Source of the DNA: Chromera velia
Taxonomy: Eukaryota
Length of the DNA: 48,810 bases
Assembly (NCBI GenBank): GCA_018398765.1
Contig: JAHBMJ010000397.1
Location: 1 to 48,810, forward strand
Reading direction: 5' to 3'
Part shown: piece after piece, positions 1 through 16,289 of the stretch
How positions within the stretch are numbered: the first letter of the stretch is position 1
Layout of the letters: each line of letters starts with the position of its first letter
The notes under the pieces: generated by a model
Told to the model about the DNA's origin: nothing
Databases searched by the model: none
Seen by the model: only the letters and a program-made list of their open reading frames with translations
Made by a program: the position numbers and the translations under genes

Positions 1-279
1 CTCAACAAGGCTTGAGGACGGGCAAAAGAGATCGGGAGTGTGGGAAGGGAACCATATATCGCTTTCTAAAACGAAGAACGATCCAACTGCAGCGTTTTTT
101 TCAACGTTGTATGGGACGGCAGCCACCCCAAAGAGAAAGCTTGCAAAATGGAGACCCACTTTATTCTTTCAAGCGACAAAAATGCCATCTGATGCTTGGC
201 TGGTTTTGACAACACAAAGGCCCTCAACCTTTGTCTAGACTTCTTTGTGACAAATAAATCAAGTCACTGACTAAAGTAC

Positions 280-804
280 TCACTCATGCATGTTCCGCAC
301 TTTGCTTTGGGTCTCTTCGTCAATCTCTGCCATGCTGCTCGTTCTGCTCCTCACATCCAGTTCCTTCAAGAGACCAGAGGAAATGTGGATGGCAGCCAGA
401 CTCCTTCGGCGACGGAACCCCCTCTCTCCTGTTACAAGCTCGGCCTCCTCACCGGTCTGCTTGTGTGAACAGCGCGCGCACACACACACACGCACACACA
501 CACAGAGAAGGGGGGAGGGGAGAGGAATCATTCGAGATATTAGCACAATGAATAAACATGCACGCGTATTTGACGTCACATGAATGCAGAAACACAGAGA
601 CTCTTTTTTTCTGCTGACCTCTTTCCTGAGTTCTTCAACCTCTGCCTTCAGTCGAATGTTTTGCGCTTCGCAACTTTGAAGTTCTTCCTCCAATTTGATC
701 TCCCTCTCCTTCAGACTGAGAGACTCGCGCGTCTTCTCACCCAAGAGCTCCTCTGCGGCCTCCGCTCTCCTCTCGGCAGCCTCTACTTGACCTGAATGAA
801 GGAG

Positions 805-842
<38 letters not shown>

Positions 843-1087
843 TTGAGGAGGAGAGTGAAGCCTTGCATAGAGGGCTCCAAAGGAAGGAATCAATTGCCGG
901 AGGTGTGGATGCGTGGTGCAAAAGAAAAAAGCGAACAAAAGACACAAAGCAAAGAAACACAGGGGCAGCAAGGAACAGAGAACACACATGCAGGCACACA
1001 AGGAAGAAAGGAGCCGGGGGAAGAAAGAGTCGGCAGGCCACCCCTCATCTTGTCCTAGGGCGAGAGACACAGACGGACAGTCAGACA

Positions 1088-1125
<38 letters not shown>

Positions 1126-1190
1126 TACACACACACACACACACTCACACACACACTCACACACACTCACACACACTCACACACACACAC

Positions 1191-1260
<70 letters not shown>

Positions 1261-2579
1261 GTACCAAGGAGGTCCTCCACCATCTCCTGGTTTCTCTTGA
1301 ACCAGAAGTCCTTTTCTCTATCCGATCTGGACTTTTCCGTTTCTGCCTCTTTTGCCAGTGTGCGTGCCGTCATCTCTCCTGTCCTTCCCGTCACTCCCGC
1401 GTGGGCCGGTGTGCCTTCGACCATCAAATTGGAATCAAACCTGTACCACAAAATACCAACAGGCAGAAAGGGCGAGAAATAGTTGTATCTCATCCTGCTA
1501 TTTCGACATCTGAAATTGACTTGCCTTCAACCCATACCCCGTTCCTTGCAGATCCAACGAAGCATTAACAGAGCACAGTATCACTGGTACAGCTTTGGCT
1601 CTCCTGCAACACTTTCAATTTATGCGAATTCGTACTCTCCAGTCTACTTCATTTCACTTCACTGTGACTGTGGCAGGACTCCTTCCAAACCGCACAGGCG
1701 TTCTCTTACACGGAAGCTACACCTGCCTATAGAGAGTGCAGCTCTACTTCGTGTTTCTGCAGCCGCACGTGCAACCTCACGCAAGCACTTTCTGGTCGAC
1801 GCAGATGAATTCCTTTCCGTCCCTTCCTGTTCCTGTCCGACTCACCGTTCCACTGAGAGGCACGACGAACGTCCAGATCTCAAGGTCCTCCCTGTCTGCT
1901 GACCGTCTCCCGCCGCCCCTGTTCCCGACCCTGCCCCCCCATGTGCAACTATGCCCTGTAGCTCTAGAAGCTCTGCGTGGCCCTGACCCTCTAAAGTCCC
2001 CTCCATGCTGGTCTGGCTGGCTCTCAGACGGCTCCGACTGTTCAGAGAGAGAAGCGCAACGGCACTTTGAGCCTTCCTCCATGTCAGAGGCCTCTCCTTC
2101 TCCCTTTCTTTCTCTCCGTGCGAATTTCCCCTCTCCCTCGGGTTGGGTTTGTCCTTTTCGTCCTGCAGCACAGACAGATGGTGGAAAGTGAAACCCATGA
2201 AAGAGAGGAGCTAGCGCTGATTACTCTTTTTTTCCATTCAACGAGAAGCATGTCCCATTCTTCCCCCCACATCAGGCAGCGGCGAGAGGAAGAAGAGCAG
2301 AGGGGAGGAAGGGGAGCAGGGATTGCAGGGAGAACTCTGTGTGGGGAAGAGACGAAGACGGTGCAGGTGGGTGGCACAGAGAGGTTAATGAGTGAGTCCA
2401 TGCTTGGCAGGCTGGGTGGTTGAATGAGTGGGTGGGTGTGAAGTTGAGTGCGTGTGGGTATGCACATGAGGGTGAATAAGCCCGTGAGTGGGTGGGAGGG
2501 TGGACATGTCGGCGGGTGGGTAATTGGGTCGGAGAGTGAGTGAGTCACTCAGTCAGCCAGCCACTCAATCAGTCAGTCA

Positions 2580-2615
<36 letters not shown>

Positions 2616-3134
2616 ATCAGTCAGTCAGTCAGTCAGTCAGTCAGCCAGTCAGTCAGTCAGCTGAATGTGTCGCTCAGTGGTTGCGTTCGTGGGTGAGGAA
2701 GCCGGTGCGCGCGAGACTAAATGAATGCGCAATGGGTTAGTGGATGGATAAGTGTCTAGTAGGTGGGCGGTTGGAGTACTGATGACAAACGGAGCAAGGA
2801 AGCTGCTACTTCAAAGACAAAGTACACCGTGTGGTTGCATGGGTCTCTGCCAGATAGACGGAGGCAATCGGCGACATGCACAGAGGTTCACAGGGGACAA
2901 ACTGACGAAAGACTTTGTGTTGGAAGAGTCCGTTTGTGATTGTCCGAAGGGAGGGCGAGACGATGACGACGCCCCCCTCTCTTCTGCTGACGAACTTTGA
3001 AGAGACTGAGCAATACGACTATCGCTTAATCGTGGTTCCGTGTCTAATGGAGAGTCGCGCTGAGCGGGGGAGATAAATGCTCCACTCGCACGACGGCTTG
3101 TAGGCAGTGACATGTTTGACACACGTCGTTCCAT
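280..3134 (-). CDS. Multi-exon hypothetical protein with C-terminal coiled coil
   Basis: Phase-compatible GT-AG exons at about 3134-2826, 2162-1846, 1603-1538, 1440-1265, 791-619 and 456-280. The 791-619 exon reads QVEAAERRAEAAEELLGEKTRESLSLKEREIKLEEELQSCEAQNIRLKAEVEELRKE (heptad-like). A GTGAGT donor at 283 means the 3' end may continue. Confidence 0.7.
1087..1259. repeat. Compound (CA)n/(GA)n intronic microsatellite
   Basis: Directly visible; lies in an intron of the minus-strand gene. Confidence 0.95.
2545..2660. repeat. (CAGT)n/(CAGC)n tetranucleotide microsatellite
   Basis: Directly visible; intronic. Confidence 0.9.
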
Positions 3135-3409
3135 CTCAGTCTACTCTACTCGATCCTCATGAGGAGTGCCTGCATGCTCCTGACCTCTCAGCAGGTGCGC
3201 CACTTGATCGCTTTACGGGAATCAGACGAATGATCACAAAGCTTGCCCGGTTGTGATCTACCAATCGGATTCCTGTACGTTGGAAGAGGCCATTAATTGA
3301 ACTGGTGATTCGCTCAACTTCCCGTGCCGCACACAGCCGATTATATATAGAGAGAGCTATATATTAATACATACAGCTCTAGAGAGAGAGAGAGAGAGAG
3401 AGACCTCAT

Positions 3410-3540
3410 CCCTGCATGCGCATGGATGCATGCATGCATGTTCGACCGCCTCGAAGGGCATGCAAAACTCCCGGCGCGCTCGCGAGGGCCCAAGAATTAT
3501 AAAGGGAACGAAAAAAAGGCGCATATATAACAGCGCATGA
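3410..3540. promoter_or_regulatory. TGCATGCA/GCATGC motif cluster (putative ApiAP2-type promoter elements)
   Basis: ctgcatgcgcatggatgcatgcatgcatg and ggcatgca lie about 300 bp upstream of the ATG at 3134. TGCATGCA is a known apicomplexan ApiAP2 site. Confidence 0.55.
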
Positions 3541-4949
3541 ATACAGCTATACAAGGCATGTTATGTCATCCACTGAGCTGCAATTCCAGCGTCATTTGTG
3601 CAAATCTTTGTGTACACATAGTACACAATACATACATAGCAGTATAAGAACAGGCGTGGACAACCATATTATGAAAAATTATGAAAAATTATGAACAATA
3701 ACAGTTCTGAAGTATTCTAAATTAAAATAGCGAGACCGGGCCAGTAAGTTGTTTTGCAATATTTTGTATTAACCGAAAAGAAATTTCATGATGCATAATA
3801 TATTTTAATTGTCACAATGTAGATCGAATCATAGACTGAATCAAACGGATACTAGATTTTCAGAAATTTAAGCTACACTCCAGCGAGCCTTGAGGAAAAC
3901 AAATGTATGAAAGAAAACTTTTTTTCTTTTTTTGTTTTCAACAAAAAATGTATAGAAAAAAAAAATGTTAACAAAAAAAAAAAATTAATAATCTAAGGAT
4001 TTGATTAACTTATATGATTAACTTAGATTAACTATGACTTACTATAACTATGACTATGACGCGGCTGCGTCATGCCATCGTTATCCATATCCAGAGCTAG
4101 CTGGATACTTCCAATATTAGGCAGAGAAAAGTTATTATTTTCTAGGATGCCACGCTACACTGTCTTAATCAACACTTCAAATCAAAAGCTTCAATAATGA
4201 AGAAGGATTTGATTTATAAAAAAAAAAACTGAATTATTGATAAAATCTATTGATAATCATTTTTGTGTATAACCCCATTTTTTAAAATAATTTTTTTGAA
4301 CTGAATAAAGAATATAATGACAGTAATACATTATAATCACATCGATCTACTTAATTCTAATTCTAATATATTTTTACATACATATACTTTGACACTGGTT
4401 TTTCTAATAAGATTTTTGTGTAAAGTTCTGAGTCGGCGTGAAAACCGGTGACGAGAATATCCTTAGAAGGATGAGCTGAACTTCACGCTACTGTGTCCTT
4501 CGATTTCGTCTGAGAAAGAGAAGAAGAATCAGCATTTCTTTGTGATCTCAGCAGACATTGTGAAGACGACGAGACGTGTAACCAGTTCAAAAGAGAATGA
4601 AAGGAAGAAAGGCAGGAAGGCACTGAGAAGAGGTATGCACAGACTACCACATATGCTTCTGTGTATAAAAGAATGCGGAGGGAAGGTGTATTTTCGAGGT
4701 ATGAAGGATAAAAAGAAGATGAAGAGATAGAGACGCAATTTCTTCACCATTTGCGACAAAGATGGAAAGAGAAACACATGCGAGGGGATCGGCAGCAGCT
4801 GATGTTCTCGGGGCAGGCAGTCATGCTCATCGGGTATAAGCGAACAGTGATGGAGGAGAACATGCCAACAAACGTCAAGGAGTACATCCATGCGATGACA
4901 CATAGACACACACACACACACACACACACATACACATACACACATGCCC

Positions 4950-4988
<39 letters not shown>

Positions 4989-5519
4989 CTCTCATCGATG
5001 TGCTTGCCTCTACTGCCTCGGAAAAACAGTGTCACTCCGATTCGTCTCCTTTTCGTGGGTCTTTTTGAAAAAGCACAAGCAATTTTGAAAGAGAGCAGCG
5101 AATACACATAAAAATGAAAACGCCCCTGCTCTGACACATCCTGATTTGGTGAGGAGAAGTGAAACAGGGTTGGAGACGGGGAGACGGATGATCGAACGAG
5201 AGAATGTTAAGAAGAACTGCAAGTTTCCGCAGTAGGTGGGGGCCTCGTTTGTTCGAAACAAAATGCCTTGGTGAAAGAAGTAGATGTTTTAGAGAACTGA
5301 GTAGCGTTCTCCCATGCCAAACTTGCAGCTAAAGTGACTGTCGGAGGTGCCGAAGTGGACTCCTGCGTGCAGACGGTTCTTGCAAGCCGCATGGCGCGGG
5401 CCCACCAAAGACCCCGGCACTGAGTGAGTCGGTCAGGCCATGTCGGGCCCACTACCGCGTGTGGACAAATGGACAAAAAAGTGCGGACAAAATGTGCTCA
5501 CTGTATTAATTGAGGGGAT

Positions 5520-5660
5520 ATATAGACGCGCGATTAAGATCGATCGAATTAAAAATTATCCGCGGCGAACTTTAAATTTAAATTTCATGCATGCTCCATC
5601 ATTGCCCCCCTGCAAAAAATGCATGATATATCGATATATACGCATGCAGTCTGACGATTG
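5520..5660. promoter_or_regulatory. GCATGC-rich promoter upstream of the 5781 gene
   Basis: catgcatgc, tgcatg and gcatgca, plus short palindromes (gatcgatc, atatatcgatatat), 120-260 bp upstream of the ATG. Confidence 0.45.
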
Positions 5661-5780
5661 CAAAAGAAGCTCTGCCCGACTTTGAGTCTGCCGAGGTGCG
5701 AAGGGGACGTAAGACGGCGCTACCATGATTTGAGACAAACAGAGGTGCATTTGACGTGTTGCTTTGATTCTTTTCACACA

Positions 5781-8243
<2,463 letters not shown>

Positions 8244-10474
8244 TGTCAGTCTCAATGATGACTATGAAGTTTGAGTGTTACATTGTCAATGAATGAGCCT
8301 GCATAGTTCTAGTGCGCTGTTGTACTATTTATATTACCCCGGGCAGCTTGAACCCCAGCTTGAACCATTTTCATTCAATTTTTCAAAATACCACTTACAT
8401 TGTATTTTACTCAATGATATTTCATCATATAAAATCATCTCAGCCAGTATGCTAAGTGTAATGACATTATTGCCAGTGGTGTATGACTTAATTCATCATT
8501 AATTCCTAAAATCAATTCACAACAATTATAAAAATATTTTTATATTATAGTATTAAGACCTAAATCTGTACAAACCATTATTTAATGCCAAAGTCATTCT
8601 AAAATTTTAAGTAAATATCACAATGCAAAGTAAACTTTTATCTATTTTTTAAAAAAACAATTAGCATAAAATTGTTGGTTTATTTCTGTAAAAATCCACT
8701 GGCAGACTAGGATCCAGACCAATTACTGTGTATATGTAGATGACTAAAAATACTACTATTAGCTTGTACTTCTAACTATGATGCTTTAATTTAATATTAA
8801 ATATGAAATGAACCCCCACAGTACTAGCTTCTATAATATATTTAAAGATTCACTCATAAACCAAATTATATGCAGTTAACTTTCATTATAAAGAGTGAAA
8901 AACACTGAAAATGAATTACTGAAGTGTTAAAACATTATGGTAATTTTGCTACATTTTTTTTTAATATAAAAGTTACCTCCACAGTAAGTTGCATTCTGCT
9001 AGTGTGGCATGCAGTGCTTGACATTGGTTCAGGACCAATACTCATTATTCAAGGGTCTAGTGTAACAGTTGGGTTGTACAACTGATTTTTCCATGTAAAC
9101 CCAACTTTCTTTGCTTTTTTACGGCTGTTTTTCACTTCAGCATTGAGCAACCTTTTTCTATACTTTTTTCACCTATTTGGCCTTTTTAGACCATTCAAGC
9201 GATCGGAAAGAAGAACGAGGACAAACACAGTGCTGTCAAGCTTTTAGTCTTATTCGTTTCTTCACTCAGGCCACCGTGACCTTACCAAGAATGAGACAAC
9301 GCAAGTAATGCAGAGCCGCACCCAGAGAGGGAGGTATAACAACTGTCGCAGCTATGTAAGAATGACTAAAAGATCGGACCGGAACGATAGAGAGAAAGAG
9401 AGTACCAAGGGGGACATGGATGGATGGAGGGATGCCAGGAGAATACGAATCCATAAAGACACACAGAGCCACAGATATAGGTCAAAAGGAGGGGAGAAGA
9501 TTGAAAAGTAGAGTGCGTCTATCTGAGTGTCTGTTTGAATCATGAGTGAAGAAGGAAAAAAAAAAAAAGAAAGGACACATTGTCTGTTTCTTTGTTCATC
9601 TGCCTGCCTGTCTGTCTGTTTTCGATCCACCGCTCGAAATGTTGGCTTTACTAGAAAGGACTTCCGTATGGCTTTTCTCGCTGTACCATTCTCTGCCTTT
9701 TCACCCGACCGACACTGAGTGAGCGAGCTCTTTTCTCCAAACGCAAGAGATGACAAGCTGCCAGTAGACAGTGATGGACCGGTGCAGAAAAAAAAGCTGG
9801 TCTGATTGATGTTCTATCCTGCCTATCCAACTCTGGTTGAAGACGGTTTCTAAAACCTTCAATTTATAATAGCTTCCACTGCAGTCTAAGTTTTACAGCA
9901 ATTAATTAACACAGGTATGAATTTATGAAGAAAGGTAAAAACAAGGCATGACACTATAAAGGAAATGATATAAAAAATAATCCTTTGAGACTCTAGCTCA
10001 AACTAGCTGAGAATTTCCCTCTATTTCATAACTTCCATCATAAACATGACCGCTAGGTTCGCTAGCACTGAATGCCACTGATATTCCAATTAAGTCTGGA
10101 ACTAGGTCTAGACTCTAGAATTGAGTAAAAGTAAGTGATGGCACATTTATTCCTAGATTTGTTCGCACATTTGCTAGCACATTTATTAATGAGTGATAAT
10201 GAGTATAGATTAATGATCAGTTAATGCTCTAGGGCACCACTAATCACTAATCACTAATCCAATTATATACTATAGACTATACATCGGTAGAATGAAAACC
10301 AGCCTTATGTGCACAAAAAATAATTAAAGCTATAGTTTATTAATTATAGAGCCTAAAACTTAGAGGATGTCTAAAATTGCAATGATTGTTGCATCCCCAT
10401 CCTCATTCTCAGCTGACCGGCTCTATTTGCACAGGCGTGATCTGTATAATTATGTATAATAGGGCTGTACATTC

Positions 10475-12305
10475 CTATCCGAAAGACCCCGAATCGGCCA
10501 CCGTTCCTGTCCCAGTCCCCAAAGGATCTCCCGAAGGTCCCCCCCTCCCCGTCCCGACCCCACCCAAGACCTCCCCAGAGACCAGCCGGGCCCTCCCTGC
10601 CACTGCCACCGTCTCATCTGAAGACGGAAACAGACCCCCAGTGCCGGGGGTACCCACCGTTACCCCATGCACCTGTGGACGTTCACTTTCCTTCGAACCT
10701 AAATTTACCTGCGTAGTTTTCGAACCTCCAGACCCCCCCGCAGCAGTCGCAGAGCCCTTGACCTCTTCCACAAAAAGGGGATCCCCCGCAGGACGGCCGA
10801 GTGATGAGGGGAGGGGAACCGAATCTCCAACGATAGTGACCGCACGACTCCCAGAGCCTTGGCTTTCCTCTGTACGAAAACTCCTGGCCGAGTCTCCCTT
10901 CGTCCGTCTCTCCATCAACTCGAGCCCCCCTGGTGCTCTCCCGATCATTGCGTTCCTTCCTCCAGAACCAGAAACAGAACTGGGACCCAGAGCTCCCCGA
11001 GGAATCACGGCACCGTTCTCGACGTCTCGGGGCCATGCGTTCTCTCGCATCATTCTTGAGAGCCTGCAAGCAGACGGAGAGGGAGGGGCACAAGGAAGGC
11101 GTACCCGAAAGGAAATGAAGCGGAAAAGTGTGTCCGAGTGACTCAATGCTTGTGGAGAAGGCGAAAAAGAATCAATAAGGAGAGCGGGCTAGAAAGAAAG
11201 ACAGTCCTTCTCGTCTAAAACGAATTGACTTTCGAATGACCCCCTTATGTCTCCCCATTTCGCCCCGTCAGAGGGAAAATCAGGCTTTTCAAAATCAGGC
11301 TCTTCTAATCCAATTCCGAGACGACTACATGACTTCTTTCTCTATGCGTCCGTTTGAAGAAGTTACGTGTCCGTGTTTGTCTGATCCTGCGTCTTTAAGG
11401 CTCAACTCCCCTGGTGTAAAAAAAAATCGTCTGAAAAGACAAAAAAAGACACGCACGAGACCTTGCCGAAGCGAAGCAAAAGCCAAAAGGAAGGAAAATG
11501 ACGACATACCGATGGAAGAGCAGACTGTTCAGATTCTTCAGCCCATCCGGGCAAGAGTGGAAGCAGAAGAGCAGACTGAGCTCAACAGAGTAGAACGGAG
11601 CGGAGCACACGGAGAGGTGGAGGAAGAGGGCGACGCAGCAGAGGAGAAGGAAGGCTTCAGAGAAGGCCAGGACGCTGTGGCTGCAGACACAGAAACCAGG
11701 AAAGGAAACGCGAACGACAATGGAGACAAGAAGACAGTCAGGCCGGGAACCCTGCATTGTTCTGTTGCAATCGTGATTAAAGAAAAGGAAAGAAAGTCGG
11801 ACCACCGAAGGAGTTACGGGGCAAGCGAACCGTAAAAAATGAAGAAAAAAGCTGCAAAGGAAGTGCAGACACAACACAGCGACAGAAACTCAATATTAAA
11901 ACAGAAGGACGAACTAAAACTTCAGTATCCGTCCTCATTAAATTGGACTCACTCACTCACTCACTCACTCAATCAACTCACCTGACGATGACCACCCAAA
12001 GCAACGAGCTGACGTTCCCGATGACCACGAAGGCCGAGAGGGTCTCCCTTTCGAAAAGCGCCACCGAACCCGACTGGAGAGATTCCCTGTACATCTTCCG
12101 AAAAGAGCTCCAGAGGCCCTCCTGCAAGCACACACTCTCAATCAATCAAAGAAGAAAAACAAACATATATCAGCCAACAGACTGATCAGGGGATGTGCCT
12201 GGAGCATGCGGGGTTGGTATCTCTCTGTCAACGCGAACCCATGGGTGCATTGGTCGCGATGAGTTATGCATCTGAAAATACAGGCAGGCTGATGAGCAGG
12301 CAGAC

Positions 12306-12343
<38 letters not shown>

Positions 12344-12708
12344 TTCCCCCCCTCTGCCTGCGAGAGAGGAAGAAGCCTGAAAGAGCAAAATGACAAAGAC
12401 AACTGCATCTTTTTCATCTTCCTTTTGCCCGTTCACTTCCTGCTGACCTGATGAAGGAGAAGCCGCAACATTCCTTGAGGAGAGAACACACCGGCGAACG
12501 GAAACATAGGGCACACGTCGGACGCACACCTGATTCAATTAAGCGTACAGAAAGAAAAAAAGGAGAGAAGCTTCAAAATGCGATTCAGAAAAAAAAAGAA
12601 AATGAGAAACACGACCCCAGCAGAGCGCTCGTGCCAGTCAGTTTACTCCTGTCAACCGTCTCTTCATGAATAAGAAACGCATCTCCAAAACACTGGTGCG
12701 ATCGAACG

Positions 12709-12745
<37 letters not shown>

Positions 12746-15058
12746 TCATACATACAGAGGGAAAGGTACAGAAAGCGCAGAGTTATTCAAAGAACAATCA
12801 AAACTCCTCTTCGCTCATTCCCTGGAATAAATGCCACGCCAACTCTGAATCTCTCTCTCGGATACAAAAGAAGAAAGGCAAAAGAAAGCGCACCGCCGAC
12901 AACAGCGCAACGACAGTGCAGCACAACAAACAATCTAGAGGACCTACCGAAGAAGACGGAGATCTTTCACGGGAGACGCCAAGGATGCCACGCCAACTCT
13001 GAATCTCTCTCTCGGATACAAAAGAAGAAAGGCAAAAGAAAGCGCACCGCCGACAACAGCGCAACGACAGTGCAGCACAACAAACAATCTAGAGGACCTA
13101 CCGAAGAAGACGGAGATCTTTCACGGGAGACGCCAAGGAGACCAACAGTGCCGCTGCTGCGAATGTGCCAGGCATCTTGCAGCATACTCGACGAATCGCT
13201 GCCAGGCCTGCATCCATCCATCCATCCACATGCAAAGAGAACACAAAGAAACCACTGCATTGCTCTGCCAAAATTTACGAGGAAAGGAAGGATTTCCGAG
13301 CCTACTACCCCTCTCTGCTCTGCCTCTTCTCTTAATGCATTTAGAGAAGTTCTTGCGAACAGACCCACTCCTCCAGCTGATCGCCCCACGCCCCCACTGG
13401 TCCAACAAAACCTCACCTCGAAGCCCATCCAGACCCCCATCCCCCCCAATCATCCATCCGGACAGTAATCCTATCCTATCCTATCCTCTCTCCCCAGCAG
13501 CCACCCAAGTGAAAGAACTCCCCATGCAGGCACACACAGACGAACCCAAGGTGTCGATGTCAAAGTTCTGCCAGAGGGCGATCCGATTTGCAGGCGGGAG
13601 GTGCGCAGAATCTAGGCCGTACCTGGGGACGAAGGGAGGGCGGAAGGAACCCATGCATTCATGCATGAAGGGGTTCCGAAAAGACGACCTCTGTGTGTGA
13701 GTGATTGCATGTCTGTGTGTCAGTGTGTGAGTCTGCATGTTTGCCAATGTCCGTCATGTGTTTCCGGCGGTCGAGGCGGGCGGTTGATGATTGAACGAGT
13801 GGATTGGAGAAAGGGGAAAAAGAACAAACGGAAGGGGCGAGATAGCGGGAGGGAAATGTGAGTATGGCCATCTTCGAATGCTATGCTTGCAGATGGGAGA
13901 AAGCGAACGAGGAGACAATTAACGGAGTAGACAGGGGGAGATTTATTTCAACTGAATGGGGCCTCGAATGGGTGCATGGATTGTGGTGGTACCAGAAGGG
14001 GTCGGATGATTCTCACCAAACCACACTTTCATGACTGACTGCCTGACTGACCAGGAGAAGACAAGAAAGGAGAAACAGACAAATTCGAGGAAGAAGAGGA
14101 CTCGACTGATCCAGAAAAGGCAGAACAAGAGACCCAAATTAGTTGCAAACGCGTGCCAGGTCTGCATGATGTGGAGTCTGTGGAGAGTGCGGACGCCCAT
14201 GAAGATCCACACAAAGTGGATGAACAGAAGGAAAAATGCCAAAGGAGTCACACTGCTGCTCTTTTGCTGCACCGCTGCGACCTGCACGCACAACAAACAC
14301 ACGCACCCTGTGCACCAGAGCTGAAGAACCAACCCTTCACACACACGCATAGAAAGAGGAAGAGAGGGAGGGAGAGAAATTGCGAACGAGAGAGGCCCCC
14401 AAAAGGCACAGGCGAGAAGCAACCCCGGGTAACTGGAGATGGGAATCAGCAAGTGAAAGGAAGAAGGACTGCCTCAGAAAGGTCGCGTCAATTTCCGTAC
14501 TCTTCACAGACGAACGTTCAAAGACAAAACAACAGACAGACAGACAAACAGACAAAAAGACAGACACACAGAGACTGACAAACAGAGACAGACAAACAAA
14601 CAGAGACAAACCAGGTGAAGAATCTCGCTGAGCGCGGCCGTCTCCTTTCTCTTCGAGAGGATGAAGCTCGTCACCACCAGGGCTGCCCCAAAGAAGAAGA
14701 ACGCAGAGAGCCACAGACCCTTGTGGACCAACCAGAGAAGGAACGCAATCGCAGAGACACCCCAGAACCCCTCGATGGCAAGAAATACTTTTTGGGGAGA
14801 GAAGGTGAACACAGACCAGAAGAAGGCAGTGTGAAGACACGACAAAATCAGAAACAGCCAGAAGGCCGTATGCCCCACAGCCAGATTTTTGCCGTCCCAC
14901 TTCACCGCTGGTGCCGTCCCGTTTGCCCGCGCCTTTGCGGCTGCGAGTGAGGATGTCCAGGAGGTGAAGACTACGTTTGTGACGGCAAAGATCAGAAGTG
15001 CGCACATGAGGACGTCGAAGTACGGATTCATCTTGCTGCGTCTACTCGTTGTGCGATA
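10475..15058 (-). CDS. Choline transporter-like (CTL/SLC44/PNS1 family) multi-pass membrane protein
   Basis: Phase-compatible exons 15058-14612, 14281-14052, 13622-13546, 13207-13102, 12529-12448, 12121-11982, 11680-11510 and 11063-10475. The spliced product has many TM segments and CTL-like motifs in the family order: FCLFWISRVL..VFSWY, AIRRVCCKMPGTFAAAALLVSL, HQEGLWSSFRK, SVELSLLFCFHSCPDGL. Start is ATG 15031 or an upstream exon (to ~15666). Confidence 0.7.
12831..13138. repeat. Exact 154-bp tandem duplication (2 copies)
   Basis: 12831-12984 and 12985-13138 read identically (atgccacgccaactc...gagacgccaagg). Confidence 0.95.
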
Positions 15059-16289
15059 CTGCAAGAGAAAGGAAAAACCGGGAGGTAGACAACCAGGAGG
15101 AAGAGAGAGAAGCAGCAGCTTGGAAGTACAGGGAATTCCAGGGAGGGGGGGGGGCACAGAGAAGGTCGTCGGCCTGCGGAGAAGTGTGTGAGTGCACATA
15201 ATGGGAGAGGTCTTCCTCGTCGAGATGTGCATGGGAATAGGCCTCTGGCTGCGAAATGATGGTGGGCCTGTTCAATGATACGGGTCACTGGACTGACTGC
15301 CACTACTACTACTACTACAGTGACTGACTGGCTGACCGGCAAATTGACCAAGCGACTGAGAGTTTGCCTGACTGACCGACTGACTGGCTGACTTACAATT
15401 ACATGTGTCGGTGTTGTCTCGATCAGCCCCTCCCCTTCGTCTTCGTCTCCGTCCCCGTCTCCTCCTGCAGGAGAGAGGCCCAGGAGAAGAGGGCCAGACC
15501 CAGAACGAGGAGTCGAAAAGGAGACTGCAGGTCTCGGATCTTTCCGGTCTGCTGTCTTTGGAGGACCTTGCTCTTCCCTTTGATCTTCCTTGCTGTTCTC
15601 TTCTTTGCCTTCATTCACTTCCACAGGGGAGTAGGTGGACTTGCAGGGGCGTTCTGGGACCATCATCTTGCTTGGCCGGTTCTTCTGAAGGGCCCCCCTT
15701 GGCTTTCGTCTTCTTGTCCTTCAGAAGCGAATTTTCGCCGCGTTGTTTCGCCCGATTGGGTGCGTTTTCTCACGCAGAGAGGAAGATGCTCCGAGAGACG
15801 CAAACGGATTTTTGTGGTCAACTAAGAGATCCCGGACGATCCTTCAGATGATGCTTGCTGTGTTTGTGTCGGAAGGAAATCCGGTAACGGTGAAAGATCG
15901 ATTGAGTGATTCTACAGGGGAATACTGGTAAGAGATAAAGAGGTCGTCTTGGTCTCCTCGTGAATGTTTTGACGTTTTCTCGTCAGCGAATGCGCGGCTG
16001 GTCTCGTTCTGTCTCTCGTTCAATTCAGCTCCAACAACAAGCAGCCTCAAAAGTTCTCTACGTTAACACTGGCAGTCCCAGGATCTCAATCACTTGAGAG
16101 GAGATAATTCAAAGACAAGAAGCACGCGCGTCTTCTGTAAATGAAGACGGAGGGAACATGAGGGAACGCAATCTGACACATTTCAAAACATCATTGAATC
16201 CTGAATATCCTTCACTGAGTGGTCCCCTCTATTATCCTCTATTCCCCTCTTCGCGTGAGGTAGACGGAGGATGATCGGAGCTAGGATGA

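Noticed and set aside
783..1482. ORFs with HTHT/CVCV/ERER runs (also near 4.9, 6.6-7.3, 34.7 and 44.6 kb)
   Set aside because: They are translations of intronic dinucleotide microsatellites.
4056..4073. Hairpin ATGACGC-GGCT-GCGTCAT in an AT island
   Set aside because: No correctly spaced CTRR end or second copy; compatible with chance.
13659..13871. Possible extra exon of the CTL-like gene
   Set aside because: Direct splicing 14052>13622 already restores the frame and the SWY motif; this segment is best read as intron.
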